Shown here one piece after another: positions 7,710 through 16,376 of a stretch of DNA of 57,510 bases; the first letter of the stretch is position 1; each line of letters opens with the position of its first letter. This DNA is from a virus. The position numbers were made by a program, and so were the translations under genes. The notes under the pieces are model-generated. The model saw only the letters and a list, made by a program, of their open reading frames with translations. It had not been told where the DNA came from and did no database searches. The stretch lies in the IMG/VR virus record IMGVR_UViG_3300035698_011381. One strand, written 5' to 3'.

Positions 7710-9814
7710 CTTCCGATAAAATAGCCCGCATGAAGTCCCTCGCGCAGAGCGTAGGGGCTGTGTCCGTTGCCGCCGCGCCGTCGAAACGCCCGCCGTTGAA
7801 TTTCAATAAGATGAGATCCCGCGCCGTGGACACGATGAACGCGGAGATTATGCGCATCGTAAACGTCCCGGTACGGTACGAGCTGACCGAGGACGACCTC
7901 GAAGCCGTGTCAAAGCACTACTTTCAAGCCGAGGCCTTTATCAAGGGCGGTAGGCTCCTTCCTAAGCAGGCAGAATCGCTCATCGCGTTCAACGATACCG
8001 GCGGGGCGTTCCTACCGCTCGCGGTCGGAGGCGGGAAGACGCTTACCTCTTTGCTGATCGCCAACGACGCGTACCATGGCGGGATGGATAAGATTATGAT
8101 TATCGTGCCGCCGTCGCTCGCTACACAGCTCTGCGATACCGACATTAAACACTGGCGTCCGCGCACGATTTTCAATACCCCGATTCATCGCATCGCGGGG
8201 CTTTCAAAATCCAAGAGGAAATTACTCGCCAACTCCGGGCGCAGGGGTCTCTACATTTACACGTATTCCTTACTGTCACAGCCGGACGCGCACGAGATTC
8301 TGGATGCGATTTCCCCTGACCTGATTATTCTTGACGAGGCGCACTCTGTCTCCAAGAAATCCGCCCGCGCTCGCCGGTTCAATAAATACCTGAACGAGAA
8401 ACGCCCGAAGGTCGTCGCGCTCTCGGGAACCATGACACAGAAGATGCTTACGGATTACTTCGAGCTGGCGCGTGCCGCCCTCGGCGATAACAATTTCCTA
8501 CCGAACTCGCGCTCTCTTACAGAGGAGTGGTCGAAGATCATCGACAGTTCAGCGACGAGCCTTTCAGATTTCAGGAACGACACACTACCGAAAGCAGGGC
8601 CGCTTAAATACATTCTCAACTGGGCTCGTGAGAATTTCCCCGAGGAAACGTTCGACGGAGGGGTTAAAGGTTTCCGCAACGTGTTCCAGAAACGACTTAC
8701 CACGACCCCCGGTGTGGTCTGTTCGAGCGGGGACGATCTGCCTTATTCCCTCTATATCAAAAACGAGCCGATACCCCACCCCGAGAAGTACGAAGGATGG
8801 GATAAGTTACGGGAGCTCGTCCAGCAACTCGAACAGGAATGGCTCACGCCCAACGGCGACGAGATCGAGGAAGCCATGCACCTTTTCCGCTGGAAGTATT
8901 GGATAGAGGGCGCGGGATTCTACACGGAACAGTACTGGCCGGATATTGATTGGATGATGCGCCGTGAGAAATACGCGTCGGTCGCTGACGCTAAGGACAT
9001 CCTGAAACGGTCTCAGCAGTACCACTCCTGCCACCTCGGGTATCAGAGGAATCTACGGGCATGGATAACCGACCGCGCTCGGGCAGGGTTGGACACGCCC
9101 ATGCTCATCGGTAAAGATATGAGCATCCACGGCTATAAGAACGTCGGCTACGATCTGTTCTGTTCATGGCGCGAGTGGAAGGATTCCGATTTCGAGCGAC
9201 GTATCGACCGGAACAAGCGGGCGATAAGGGTCTGCGGCTTCAAGGTCGAGAAGGCCGTAGAGTGGGCGAAGAACCTTCCCAAGGGCGAAGGCGGGTTGAT
9301 CTGGTACGATAACGACGAGATGGGGGATTGGGTTTACGAGAGAGCAGTAGAGGAAGGGCTCGACCCATTATTGTGCAAAGCCGGAAAGGTATCGAACGTA
9401 CTCCTAAACCAGCCCGATAAGTGCCGAGGAAGGCTTATCATTTTAACGGTGAACGCGCACGGCACCGGCAAAAATCTCCAGTTCGACCACAACATGTTCT
9501 ACCTCCAGTGGCCGAGATCCGCGAAAACAGCAGAGCAGTCCCTAGGCCGACAGCACCGCATGGAGCAGGAGTACGACGAAGTAAACGTCACTACCTGTTT
9601 CACAACGGAGTTCGATAGGGTTCTGTTCGGCGCGACGTTAAACGATGCGGCTTACGTGCACCAATCACAGGGTAATGCACAGAAGATTATATACGCCACA
9701 CACACCCCCATGCCGGAAGTTGTCCCCTTTGAAATTCTCCAAGAATGGGGAGCCAAGCCCGGAGTTACTACCTCTGAAGCCCGTGATTTGTTAGAGGATC
9801 GTTTCGGGAATTGA
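7700..9814 (+). CDS. SNF2/Rad54-family SF2 helicase
   Basis: Motif I VGGGKTLTSL, motif II LIILDEAHSVSK, motif III ALSGTM, and C-terminal HGTGKNLQ and QSLGRQHR (motif VI). Confidence 0.8.
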   Translation: MSITSDKIARMKSLAQSVGAVSVAAAPSKRPPLNFNKMRSRAVDTMNAEIMRIVNVPVRYELTEDDLEAVSKHYFQAEAFIKGGRLLPKQAESLIAFNDTGGAFLPLAVGGGKTLTSLLIANDAYHGGMDKIMIIVPPSLATQLCDTDIKHWRPRTIFNTPIHRIAGLSKSKRKLLANSGRRGLYIYTYSLLSQPDAHEILDAISPDLIILDEAHSVSKKSARARRFNKYLNEKRPKVVALSGTMTQKMLTDYFELARAALGDNNFLPNSRSLTEEWSKIIDSSATSLSDFRNDTLPKAGPLKYILNWARENFPEETFDGGVKGFRNVFQKRLTTTPGVVCSSGDDLPYSLYIKNEPIPHPEKYEGWDKLRELVQQLEQEWLTPNGDEIEEAMHLFRWKYWIEGAGFYTEQYWPDIDWMMRREKYASVADAKDILKRSQQYHSCHLGYQRNLRAWITDRARAGLDTPMLIGKDMSIHGYKNVGYDLFCSWREWKDSDFERRIDRNKRAIRVCGFKVEKAVEWAKNLPKGEGGLIWYDNDEMGDWVYERAVEEGLDPLLCKAGKVSNVLLNQPDKCRGRLIILTVNAHGTGKNLQFDHNMFYLQWPRSAKTAEQSLGRQHRMEQEYDEVNVTTCFTTEFDRVLFGATLNDAAYVHQSQGNAQKIIYATHTPMPEVVPFEILQEWGAKPGVTTSEARDLLEDRFGN

Positions 9815-9927
9815 ACACACATTTATTAACACAATAAAAAATAAAATAAAAGATTGACGGAACGAGGAGCAGGCGTCACAGTGGCGTCCTTCTAAATGAG
9901 TAACCAAGCAACAGGAGGAGACAGAGT

Positions 9928-10563
9928 ATGATGAATCTGAACAGAGCAAAGACCATGTTCGGCGAGATGGGAAAAGTGGAAGTATCCACACGCCGCGAAG
10001 ACCTGAAGCCGGGAGAAGTTCAACTTTTCATTGGCTCGGTCAAGATGCTGGAAACACGGGAATTCAAACCCTACGTCCGCATCTCCGCAACAGTGCTGTG
10101 CTGTAAGCGAGACGGATCGGGACGCACCCCCGACGCAGAAAACTTCGAGGGGAATAGTAAAGGCGAGGAAGTATCCGTCTGTTTGTTCTCCGGCGATTAT
10201 TTCCAGAAGGAATTTAAATCCTTCATGCTCGCAGGGCTGGGAATGACCAAAGAAGACGCCGCTGGAATGGACGACGCGGAGTTCTTTGAAGCCAGTATGG
10301 CGATCTGCGGGATGAACGACAAAGGCGAGGACGTGGAAGCGGGAATCTTCGACGGCACGACCATCATCACCACTACCACGAAGGCGAACGTCGTTCCCGA
10401 CAAGACCGACCCTTCCAAACTGAAGACGTACCTGAACCACCGTTTTGTGGGCAAGGTCGAAGCGGCAGAAGTTGCCGAGTACCTCGACGACGAGGACATC
10501 AAAAAGTTCTTCGGTTCCGAGGAACAGTTCGGCAAGCTTGTCGAGCAGGGAGTCGCAGAGTAA
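9928..10563 (+). CDS. Hypothetical protein (possible ssDNA-binding protein with an acidic C-terminus)
   Basis: AGGAGG RBS; 211 aa; acidic tail YLDDEDIKKFF. The function is only guessed from position within the replication genes. Confidence 0.3.
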   Translation: MMNLNRAKTMFGEMGKVEVSTRREDLKPGEVQLFIGSVKMLETREFKPYVRISATVLCCKRDGSGRTPDAENFEGNSKGEEVSVCLFSGDYFQKEFKSFMLAGLGMTKEDAAGMDDAEFFEASMAICGMNDKGEDVEAGIFDGTTIITTTTKANVVPDKTDPSKLKTYLNHRFVGKVEAAEVAEYLDDEDIKKFFGSEEQFGKLVEQGVAE

Positions 10564-10578
10564 GGAATCACCGAGACC

Positions 10579-10604
10579 CCCTCCCTCCGGGGAGGGTTAT
10601 CTTT
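10579..10604 (+). terminator. Rho-independent terminator
   Basis: ccctccc-tccg-gggaggg hairpin followed by ttatcttt. Confidence 0.65.
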
Positions 10605-10627
10605 AACCAGCAAAGGAGACTGAAAAA

Positions 10628-10810
10628 ATGATAGTCGGATACCAACCAAGCTCAGAAGCGAGAAAAATCATTAAGTTGATTCGCACTAACCGCCGCCAGC
10701 GCAAAATGGCAAAGTCCATGAAATCGAACACTGCCGAAGACCGCGCCATAGCTATCTGTTCTCGCGGCTACTACAAAACTCTAAAGCTAATCGCACGAGC
10801 GATGGCGTAA
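10628..10810 (+). CDS. Small basic hypothetical protein
   Basis: AAAGGAGAC RBS; 60-aa ORF ending 10 nt before the tmRNA. Confidence 0.5.
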   Translation: MIVGYQPSSEARKIIKLIRTNRRQRKMAKSMKSNTAEDRAIAICSRGYYKTLKLIARAMA

Positions 10811-10819
10811 CAATTTAAC

Positions 10820-11202
10820 GGGGCTGACTGGTTTCGACTGGTTAGACAGAAAATAAAGTTCATGTCGTGGTTGGTCGGTGGGCCACGTAAAAAGCCGTCC
10901 AAAACATAAATGCTAAAACGAAAGTTCTAGGATTCATCGGCGGAGCTCCGGCTCTCGCAATCGCCGCTTAACTGAGGTGTGATGAACGGGTCGAAGAAGA
11001 TGCCAGAGGATCGACGACCTGAACTGCTAAGACTGGTGCCCGTAAGGGAGTCCGACCGTGGAGGGGCTAAAACCGACGGAAACCCGTTTTGCTGGTTTCG
11101 GATAAAACTAGTTGGTGGAGGTGGCACCAGTTGCCACCCTGAAAACATGTAAACCTTTATTGGAAGCTGATTAGGACGCGGGTTCGATTCCCGCCAGCTC
11201 CA
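10820..11202 (+). ncRNA. ssrA: tmRNA (transfer-messenger RNA), one-piece form; tag ORF 10912..10971
   Basis: The 5' end GGGGCTGACTGGTTTCGAC, the internal CGTAAAAAGCCG, and the 3' end GGACGCGGGTTCGATTCCCGCCAGCTCC closely parallel E. coli ssrA. The acceptor stem GGGGCTG/CAGCTCC has a G3:U pair. The T-arm is GCGGG-TTCGATT-CCCGC. The tag frame GCT AAA ACG...GCC GCT TAA gives AKTKVLGFIGGAPALAIAA. Confidence 0.9.
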
Positions 11203-11351
11203 AACCTTTTGGGGGTAGAAACAGGGGATGCGAGGGGCGGCACCGAGCAAGCTGTCCTGCCGCTTTGACAGAAGAAAAGGAAGATAAAAATGGATAAAAC
11301 AAACACCGTAAGGAACCTGTTAAAAATCCCCAAGCGTTTGGGGGTTACGAG

Positions 11352-11558
11352 ATGACAAGGACACGCCCCACCGACAACAGGAAGCCCTCACGGGACGGAA
11401 AGTTAAAAGGCTACTGCTCCCGATGCGGCATGATGGTGATGGTGGGCGAGGCGACCTGCCCGAAACCTCTCTGCGGCGGGAAAAAGGTCTCAAGTACCCC
11501 GCCACCTGAAAGTGGAATGCTCGCCCCGAAACAAAGCAACATAAGGAATTACATTTAA
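11352..11558 (+). CDS. Small zinc-ribbon protein
   Basis: CSRCG...CPKPLCGG cysteine pairs; 68 aa. Confidence 0.45.
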   Translation: MTRTRPTDNRKPSRDGKLKGYCSRCGMMVMVGEATCPKPLCGGKKVSSTPPPESGMLAPKQSNIRNYI

Positions 11559-11576
11559 CCAGAAGGAGACCCAGAA

Positions 11577-14354
11577 ATGAACAACATAATCGCTTTTGAC
11601 ACCGAGACTAAACTTATCGGAAAGACCCAAGTAGTTCCCGATTTTATCTGCGCACAGTTCGCTATCCTGACCGAAGAGGGTAAGCCGTTCTCTTGGATGC
11701 GCTCCCGACTCTGCCCGGACTACCAAGAACACATCCGTGACATGTTCACCGATCCCGATATGCACATCGTCACGCACAACGCCGCATTCGACCTGTCTGT
11801 CGTCGCCAAGGATATGCCTGAGCTGATCCCATTCATCTGGAAAGCCCTCGACGAAGAGCGTATCCACGATACGATGATCCGCGAGATGCTCTATAACCTC
11901 ACCGCGTCCGGCGACCTCGACACCATCGAACTGCACGGCGTAAAGACACGGGCCGAATACAGCCTCGCGGCTCTCGAAAAACGGTACCTCGGAATCGACC
12001 GGTCAGCAGAAAAAGAAGACGGCGACTCGATGCGTATGAACTACGAAGCTGTTATGGACATGCCCTTGGCGGAATGGCCTGACGAGTTCGTCAAATACGG
12101 TGAAGAAGATCCCGAGGGAACTCTCCTCGTGTTCCTCGAACAGGAAGTAGAGCGGCAGAAATTGATTGACCGCACCGGATACGATCCGTTCGTTACGGAA
12201 GGGTTCCGCGTACGGGTTCACTTCGCTTTGCAGACAATGACCACCCGAGGCAACAGAATGGACACGGAGCGCGTTCTGGAGGTCACGAAGGAGTTTGATA
12301 CACTTTACAACGACCCTGCCCTTGTACGGCCTCTCGTGCTGTCTACGTTCATTTCGGAATACGCCAAAGCCAGCGGCGAGAAGATCACAGCGGAATTCAT
12401 AGCCGAGTCGCTCGAAGCGTTCGAGGGTCTCGACAAGAAGGAGCAGAAAAAGTGGATCGGAAAAGGAATCGTAATTCCAGCCGTCCCACCGATGCCGTAC
12501 AAAAACGGTGCCAAGGAACATCTGGAAACGTGCTACGGACACAAAGAACACCCCGACTATTCCGGCAAGACCGTAAAGGACTGTGGATGCCCTCCGAAAG
12601 TAAAAGGCGGACAGCCGGAGAAGGGGTCGAACAATGCTCTCTGGGCGTACATCTGGAAAGCCGGTCTCGAAAACCCGTTGATGGAAGTGTGGGCGTCCGA
12701 CAGCCTAATCGCCAAACTCAAGGAAGAGGGATTGTTCGAGGACTTCATCGAACGCGGTCGGGTGATTAAACAGAACGAGGTTCCTGAACTCCTGTGCGGG
12801 CCGAACGGTTTACCAGAAGGGTGGCGCGTCTCGGTAGATAAGGAATGGCTCGCGTCGTTTGCGATCCTCGACCCGATGCTTGAACTGCTCGCGGAGCGTC
12901 GGAAATATGCGAAGATTATCACCTCCTACCTGCCCGGCCTTTATTGGGTCGAGGGAATGGAGAACTGCCCGTCGTTCCTCGAAGGGGAGATGAGTAAGCT
13001 CGCAGGTAAGACGCCCGCTGATGTCGTGCACTCCTGCTTCCGTCCGTTGAAGCGTACCGGACGCACCAGCTCCTACGCCAACAAACGCGGGAAAGGCAAG
13101 AACGAAAAATACACCTTCCCCTCCATGAACGGTCAGCAGGTAGACCCACGGATTCGGCAGTGTGTGATCCCTCGGGAAGGTTATAAGCTTTTCAGTATCG
13201 ACTTCTCGGCCATGGAGCTAGGGACGGCGGCACAAACCTGTCACTCCCTGTTCGGTTACTCCGTGCTCGGGGATCTGATTAACGAAGGCAAGGACGTTCA
13301 CTCCTACCTCGGGTGCCGCATTGCCAAGGAGCTCGACCATTGGTTCGGGAACATCGTTGCTGACTGCTCCTCCAACGATATGTACGACCTGTTCCTTGAG
13401 TTCAAAAAGGACGACGCGCCTTGCGACTCGGAACAATTCGCCGAGACCTTCAAGGAGACTGGAAAAGACGAGGCTCCTACCCTTGCTGACTTCTTCGCCT
13501 ACTATCGGAAATTCGCTAAGCCGACCGGCCTTGGGTATCCCGGCGGACTTGGCCCGAAAACCTTCGTGTCGTACGCCAAGGCCACGTACGGGGTTACAGT
13601 TGACCTCGATACGGCCTCGACCCTGCGGAACATTTGGAAATCGACCTTCCCCGAAATGGCGCAATATCTCGTTCACGTAGGCAAGCGGTGCTTCGACCCG
13701 AACCACGCGTCAGAAACCAAGGAAGACGCGGACGGTAAAAAGTACAAGAAACAATTTTACTGCTACGACACGCCGCTCGGGATGCACCGCGCGAAGACAG
13801 ATTTCTGTGCCTGTGCGAACGGCCAAGCTCTCCAGTCGATTTCGGCAGAGGGTGCGCTACTGGGCACCTGTGAAATTATGCGTGGCATCTCTGGAACAGA
13901 CGAGATCCTCAAGGACGATGCCGACGGTACCGCCAACGTGCGCCCGACGATCTTCATTCACGACGAGCTGTTCGGCGAGATCCGAGACGACGACCGCCTG
14001 ACGGAGCGTGTCGAGCGCATGCAAGCCATACTTAAAGAGTGTATGGAAATCATCACCCCCGACGTACGAGCGGGCACAGAGGCGTGCTTGATGAACCGCT
14101 GGAGCAAAGGAGCTTTCCCTTACTACGTGGACGGCGTTCTGAAACCGTACGAAGATATGATCGAAGGGGATGAACCGGAGGAAATCTACTATCTCGCGAA
14201 CACCAAGAGCTACTGCGCATGGGAGTCCCTGTTCGAGGGTGAGGTGTCCGGCACACTAATCAGGATAGATAAAGAACAGTTCGAGCGGATGGCCACGGGG
14301 CTGTCGTTTAACGGCGATAGGTATACCACGCGGCGGTTGAAGGAGGCTAAGTAA
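11577..14354 (+). CDS. Family A DNA polymerase with 3'-5' exonuclease domain
   Basis: Exo I IAFDTET, Exo II HNAAFD, pol motif A DFSAMEL, motif B RKFAKPTGLGYPGG, motif C IHDELFGE. Confidence 0.9.
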   Translation: MNNIIAFDTETKLIGKTQVVPDFICAQFAILTEEGKPFSWMRSRLCPDYQEHIRDMFTDPDMHIVTHNAAFDLSVVAKDMPELIPFIWKALDEERIHDTMIREMLYNLTASGDLDTIELHGVKTRAEYSLAALEKRYLGIDRSAEKEDGDSMRMNYEAVMDMPLAEWPDEFVKYGEEDPEGTLLVFLEQEVERQKLIDRTGYDPFVTEGFRVRVHFALQTMTTRGNRMDTERVLEVTKEFDTLYNDPALVRPLVLSTFISEYAKASGEKITAEFIAESLEAFEGLDKKEQKKWIGKGIVIPAVPPMPYKNGAKEHLETCYGHKEHPDYSGKTVKDCGCPPKVKGGQPEKGSNNALWAYIWKAGLENPLMEVWASDSLIAKLKEEGLFEDFIERGRVIKQNEVPELLCGPNGLPEGWRVSVDKEWLASFAILDPMLELLAERRKYAKIITSYLPGLYWVEGMENCPSFLEGEMSKLAGKTPADVVHSCFRPLKRTGRTSSYANKRGKGKNEKYTFPSMNGQQVDPRIRQCVIPREGYKLFSIDFSAMELGTAAQTCHSLFGYSVLGDLINEGKDVHSYLGCRIAKELDHWFGNIVADCSSNDMYDLFLEFKKDDAPCDSEQFAETFKETGKDEAPTLADFFAYYRKFAKPTGLGYPGGLGPKTFVSYAKATYGVTVDLDTASTLRNIWKSTFPEMAQYLVHVGKRCFDPNHASETKEDADGKKYKKQFYCYDTPLGMHRAKTDFCACANGQALQSISAEGALLGTCEIMRGISGTDEILKDDADGTANVRPTIFIHDELFGEIRDDDRLTERVERMQAILKECMEIITPDVRAGTEACLMNRWSKGAFPYYVDGVLKPYEDMIEGDEPEEIYYLANTKSYCAWESLFEGEVSGTLIRIDKEQFERMATGLSFNGDRYTTRRLKEAK

Positions 14355-14833
14355 TGGACAAGCGAGACAAAAGCATACTGTTCGTAGGCGGGGCGTGGGA
14401 CGGGAGATTCGTGAACATGGCGGAGTGTCCCCCGAGGGTTCTAGTGCCCGTGACGTGCGAAGGGAGTTACATGAAAGGCCTCATGTGCATCGACAAGCAA
14501 GAGGTTGACCGTCAAACATACTGCCGGATGTCCACACAGTTCCAAGACGCGAAAGGGGGTATGCAACGGGTCGAGCTGTACACCCTAGAGGGCACGTCAT
14601 CCTTAGACGCGTTCCTCGATCTGCTTTCTCACTACGGTAAGAAGACAACAAAAACGGAGGAGGCAATTAAGAGGCATCAGACAACCCAATACCGTATGTA
14701 CGCCGACGGAGATGTTGTGCACCAAGATGAGTTCGAGGAACGGAACAACAGTACCCCCTACTACGATGACTACGAAACCGTTGACGTGCCCGACGCCGTG
14801 ATTGAGCACATCGAAGAATCGGTCAAGGCGTGA
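14354..14833 (+). CDS. Hypothetical protein
   Basis: TAATG coupling to the polymerase stop; 159 aa. Confidence 0.55.
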   Translation: MDKRDKSILFVGGAWDGRFVNMAECPPRVLVPVTCEGSYMKGLMCIDKQEVDRQTYCRMSTQFQDAKGGMQRVELYTLEGTSSLDAFLDLLSHYGKKTTKTEEAIKRHQTTQYRMYADGDVVHQDEFEERNNSTPYYDDYETVDVPDAVIEHIEESVKA

Positions 14834-15054
14834 AGGAGTCAACGCGAATAGCGAGGAAAATGGTAGCCGCCGACCAAGACGACAGGGAGCGGAAGTGTCG
14901 CGGGAAAGTACAGCACCATTCACGTAAAGAAGCGAAGGGGGCTATGCGTCAACTGATAGAAAAGCACAGGTACGACAAAGCAGATTTCAGGGTGTACAGG
15001 TGTCCGTACTGCGGACAGTTCCACTTCGGGCACGTCCCTGCGCATAAGAGGTAA
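14830..15054 (+). CDS. Small zinc-ribbon protein
   Basis: YRCPYCGQFHFGH C-terminus. GTG start overlaps the upstream stop; an alternative ATG is at 14860. Confidence 0.5.
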   Translation: MKESTRIARKMVAADQDDRERKCRGKVQHHSRKEAKGAMRQLIEKHRYDKADFRVYRCPYCGQFHFGHVPAHKR

Positions 15055-15057
15055 ACC

Positions 15058-15243
15058 ATGGACAATAAAAGATACGTAGTACGCCTCGCGGAGGGTGCCT
15101 ACCTGAACGCGTCGGCACCCGAACACGGGAGCATTAAGGTACCCCGCACGAATGCCTTCGAGTACACAACTAAAAGCTGGGCACGGAAAGCCGCACGGAA
15201 ATTTATCGGAGCACGAATGGAGGAAGTCCCGTCACCACAGTAA
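15058..15243 (+). CDS. Hypothetical protein
   Basis: 61-aa ORF in the operon orientation. Confidence 0.4.
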   Translation: MDNKRYVVRLAEGAYLNASAPEHGSIKVPRTNAFEYTTKSWARKAARKFIGARMEEVPSPQ

Positions 15244-15257
15244 AAAATACAGAGAAA

Positions 15258-15368
15258 TACATAGGAAAACCCGCGACGATCCGTTACTTTGAGGATTGTG
15301 AAGACGAGGCCGGTAAGAAATCACTCAGATTTCCGGTGTATAAAGGTTTAAGAACGCGAGGAGAATAA
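15258..15368 (+). pseudogene. Possible vestigial C-terminus of an ATP-dependent DNA ligase (motif VI region)
   Basis: A start-less frame reads YIGKPATIRYFEDCEDEAGKKSLRFPVYKGLRTRGE*. This resembles the ligase OB-domain end (G..v.v.Y.e.t..g.LRfP.f...R.D). There is no ATG/GTG/TTG in frame back to the stop at 15171. Confidence 0.4.
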
Positions 15369-15610
15369 TGACAAGTAGACATGAAACAAGGGGACGCCCT
15401 CGCCGAAGAGAGTTTGAACTGTTCTGCGCGAAAGCCGCCGCCGTTCTGGACGGGGAACTCGACGAGGTGGACATCGGCACCCGTCTAAATAATCACGACA
15501 GCTTTCGGTACAGTGCCCCGTTCCGCGACCTCCGAGCGGCGTACCCCTCGTATAGGATTTCTCTGTTCAGCAACGGCATGAACCTTACACTGTCGGCGGT
15601 GAGGGTATGA
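15368..15610 (+). CDS. Hypothetical protein
   Basis: 80-aa ORF; TAATG junction with the upstream frame. Confidence 0.45.
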   Translation: MTSRHETRGRPRRREFELFCAKAAAVLDGELDEVDIGTRLNNHDSFRYSAPFRDLRAAYPSYRISLFSNGMNLTLSAVRV

Positions 15611-15774
15611 ACGAACTGTTAATACTAAAAGGATGGATCTCCGAACTCCCTGAAGACGACAAAGGGAAAGTCGAAGCCGCCGCCGTGGAACTCCGTGCGC
15701 TCCTCGAAAAGTATGGCGAGCTGGGCACGATGTCGCTCGCACTTGTTGCCTTGGAAGTTGGAGAAAAAGAATGA
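15607..15774 (+). CDS. Small hypothetical protein (55 aa, below the ORF-track cutoff)
   Basis: ATGA overlaps at both ends (15607 and 15771). MNELLILKGWISELPEDDKGKVEAAAVELRALLEKYG... Confidence 0.5.
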   Translation: MNELLILKGWISELPEDDKGKVEAAAVELRALLEKYGELGTMSLALVALEVGEKE

Positions 15775-16376
15775 GCTACCCACTCGTATCCATAGGCGTA
15801 GATCCCGACGTACACAACTGCGCTGTGGCTGTCGTTAAGCAGTACGAATGCGGAACTATAGGATTCGCCGTTCAGGTGATCCGTGAGAAGCGCGGGAAGT
15901 CCCGAGACGCATCTATCGCCATGCTCACCGATAACGTCGTCTTTGACACACTACGACTCACTGCCGTTGCGGATGTCCTAGCGGTCGAGGGTCAGGACGC
16001 ACGGTACACTGGAAGCACCTGCGCTCGTCCACAGGACATCGTAGCACTTGCGTTGGTATCAGGAGCCTGTTTAGCGACGATCCCTGCACGACTGAAGCTT
16101 TGCCCACTCCCTCGGGAATGGAAGGCCACGACACGGAAGGACATTAAGCAACGCCGTATTCTCGACCGTCTAGAAGTCCCGTACACCATGAAGGGTGGGA
16201 GCGTTCCCTACGAGCAAGCGTCCGAAGGGTCGAAGAAAAAATATTATCCCGTCCCTGACAATTTCGAGCAGTACGTTATAGGCGACGCGAAAGTAAACGC
16301 AGGCGACTGGGCGGATTTAACCGACGCACTGGGGCTGGCGGTCTGGGGACTTGAGAAACTTAGATATTCAACGTAA
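15771..16376 (+). CDS. RuvC-like Holliday junction resolvase
   Basis: SIGVDPDVHNCAVAVV (first catalytic Asp strand), VEGQ (Glu) and DLTDALGLAVW (C-terminal acidic pair) match the RuvC layout. Confidence 0.6.
   Translation: MSYPLVSIGVDPDVHNCAVAVVKQYECGTIGFAVQVIREKRGKSRDASIAMLTDNVVFDTLRLTAVADVLAVEGQDARYTGSTCARPQDIVALALVSGACLATIPARLKLCPLPREWKATTRKDIKQRRILDRLEVPYTMKGGSVPYEQASEGSKKKYYPVPDNFEQYVIGDAKVNAGDWADLTDALGLAVWGLEKLRYST

Noticed and set aside
10927-11250. 107-aa minus-strand ORF
   Set aside because: It lies entirely antisense to the tmRNA gene. It has no RBS and an Arg/Ser/Pro-rich shadow composition.
15058-15368. Programmed -1 frameshift joining ORF 15058..15243 to the ligase-like frame
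   Set aside because: The frame relationship is -1, but no X XXY YYZ slippery heptamer is present. A ~100-aa product would also lack the ligase catalytic domain, so a gene remnant is the simpler explanation.
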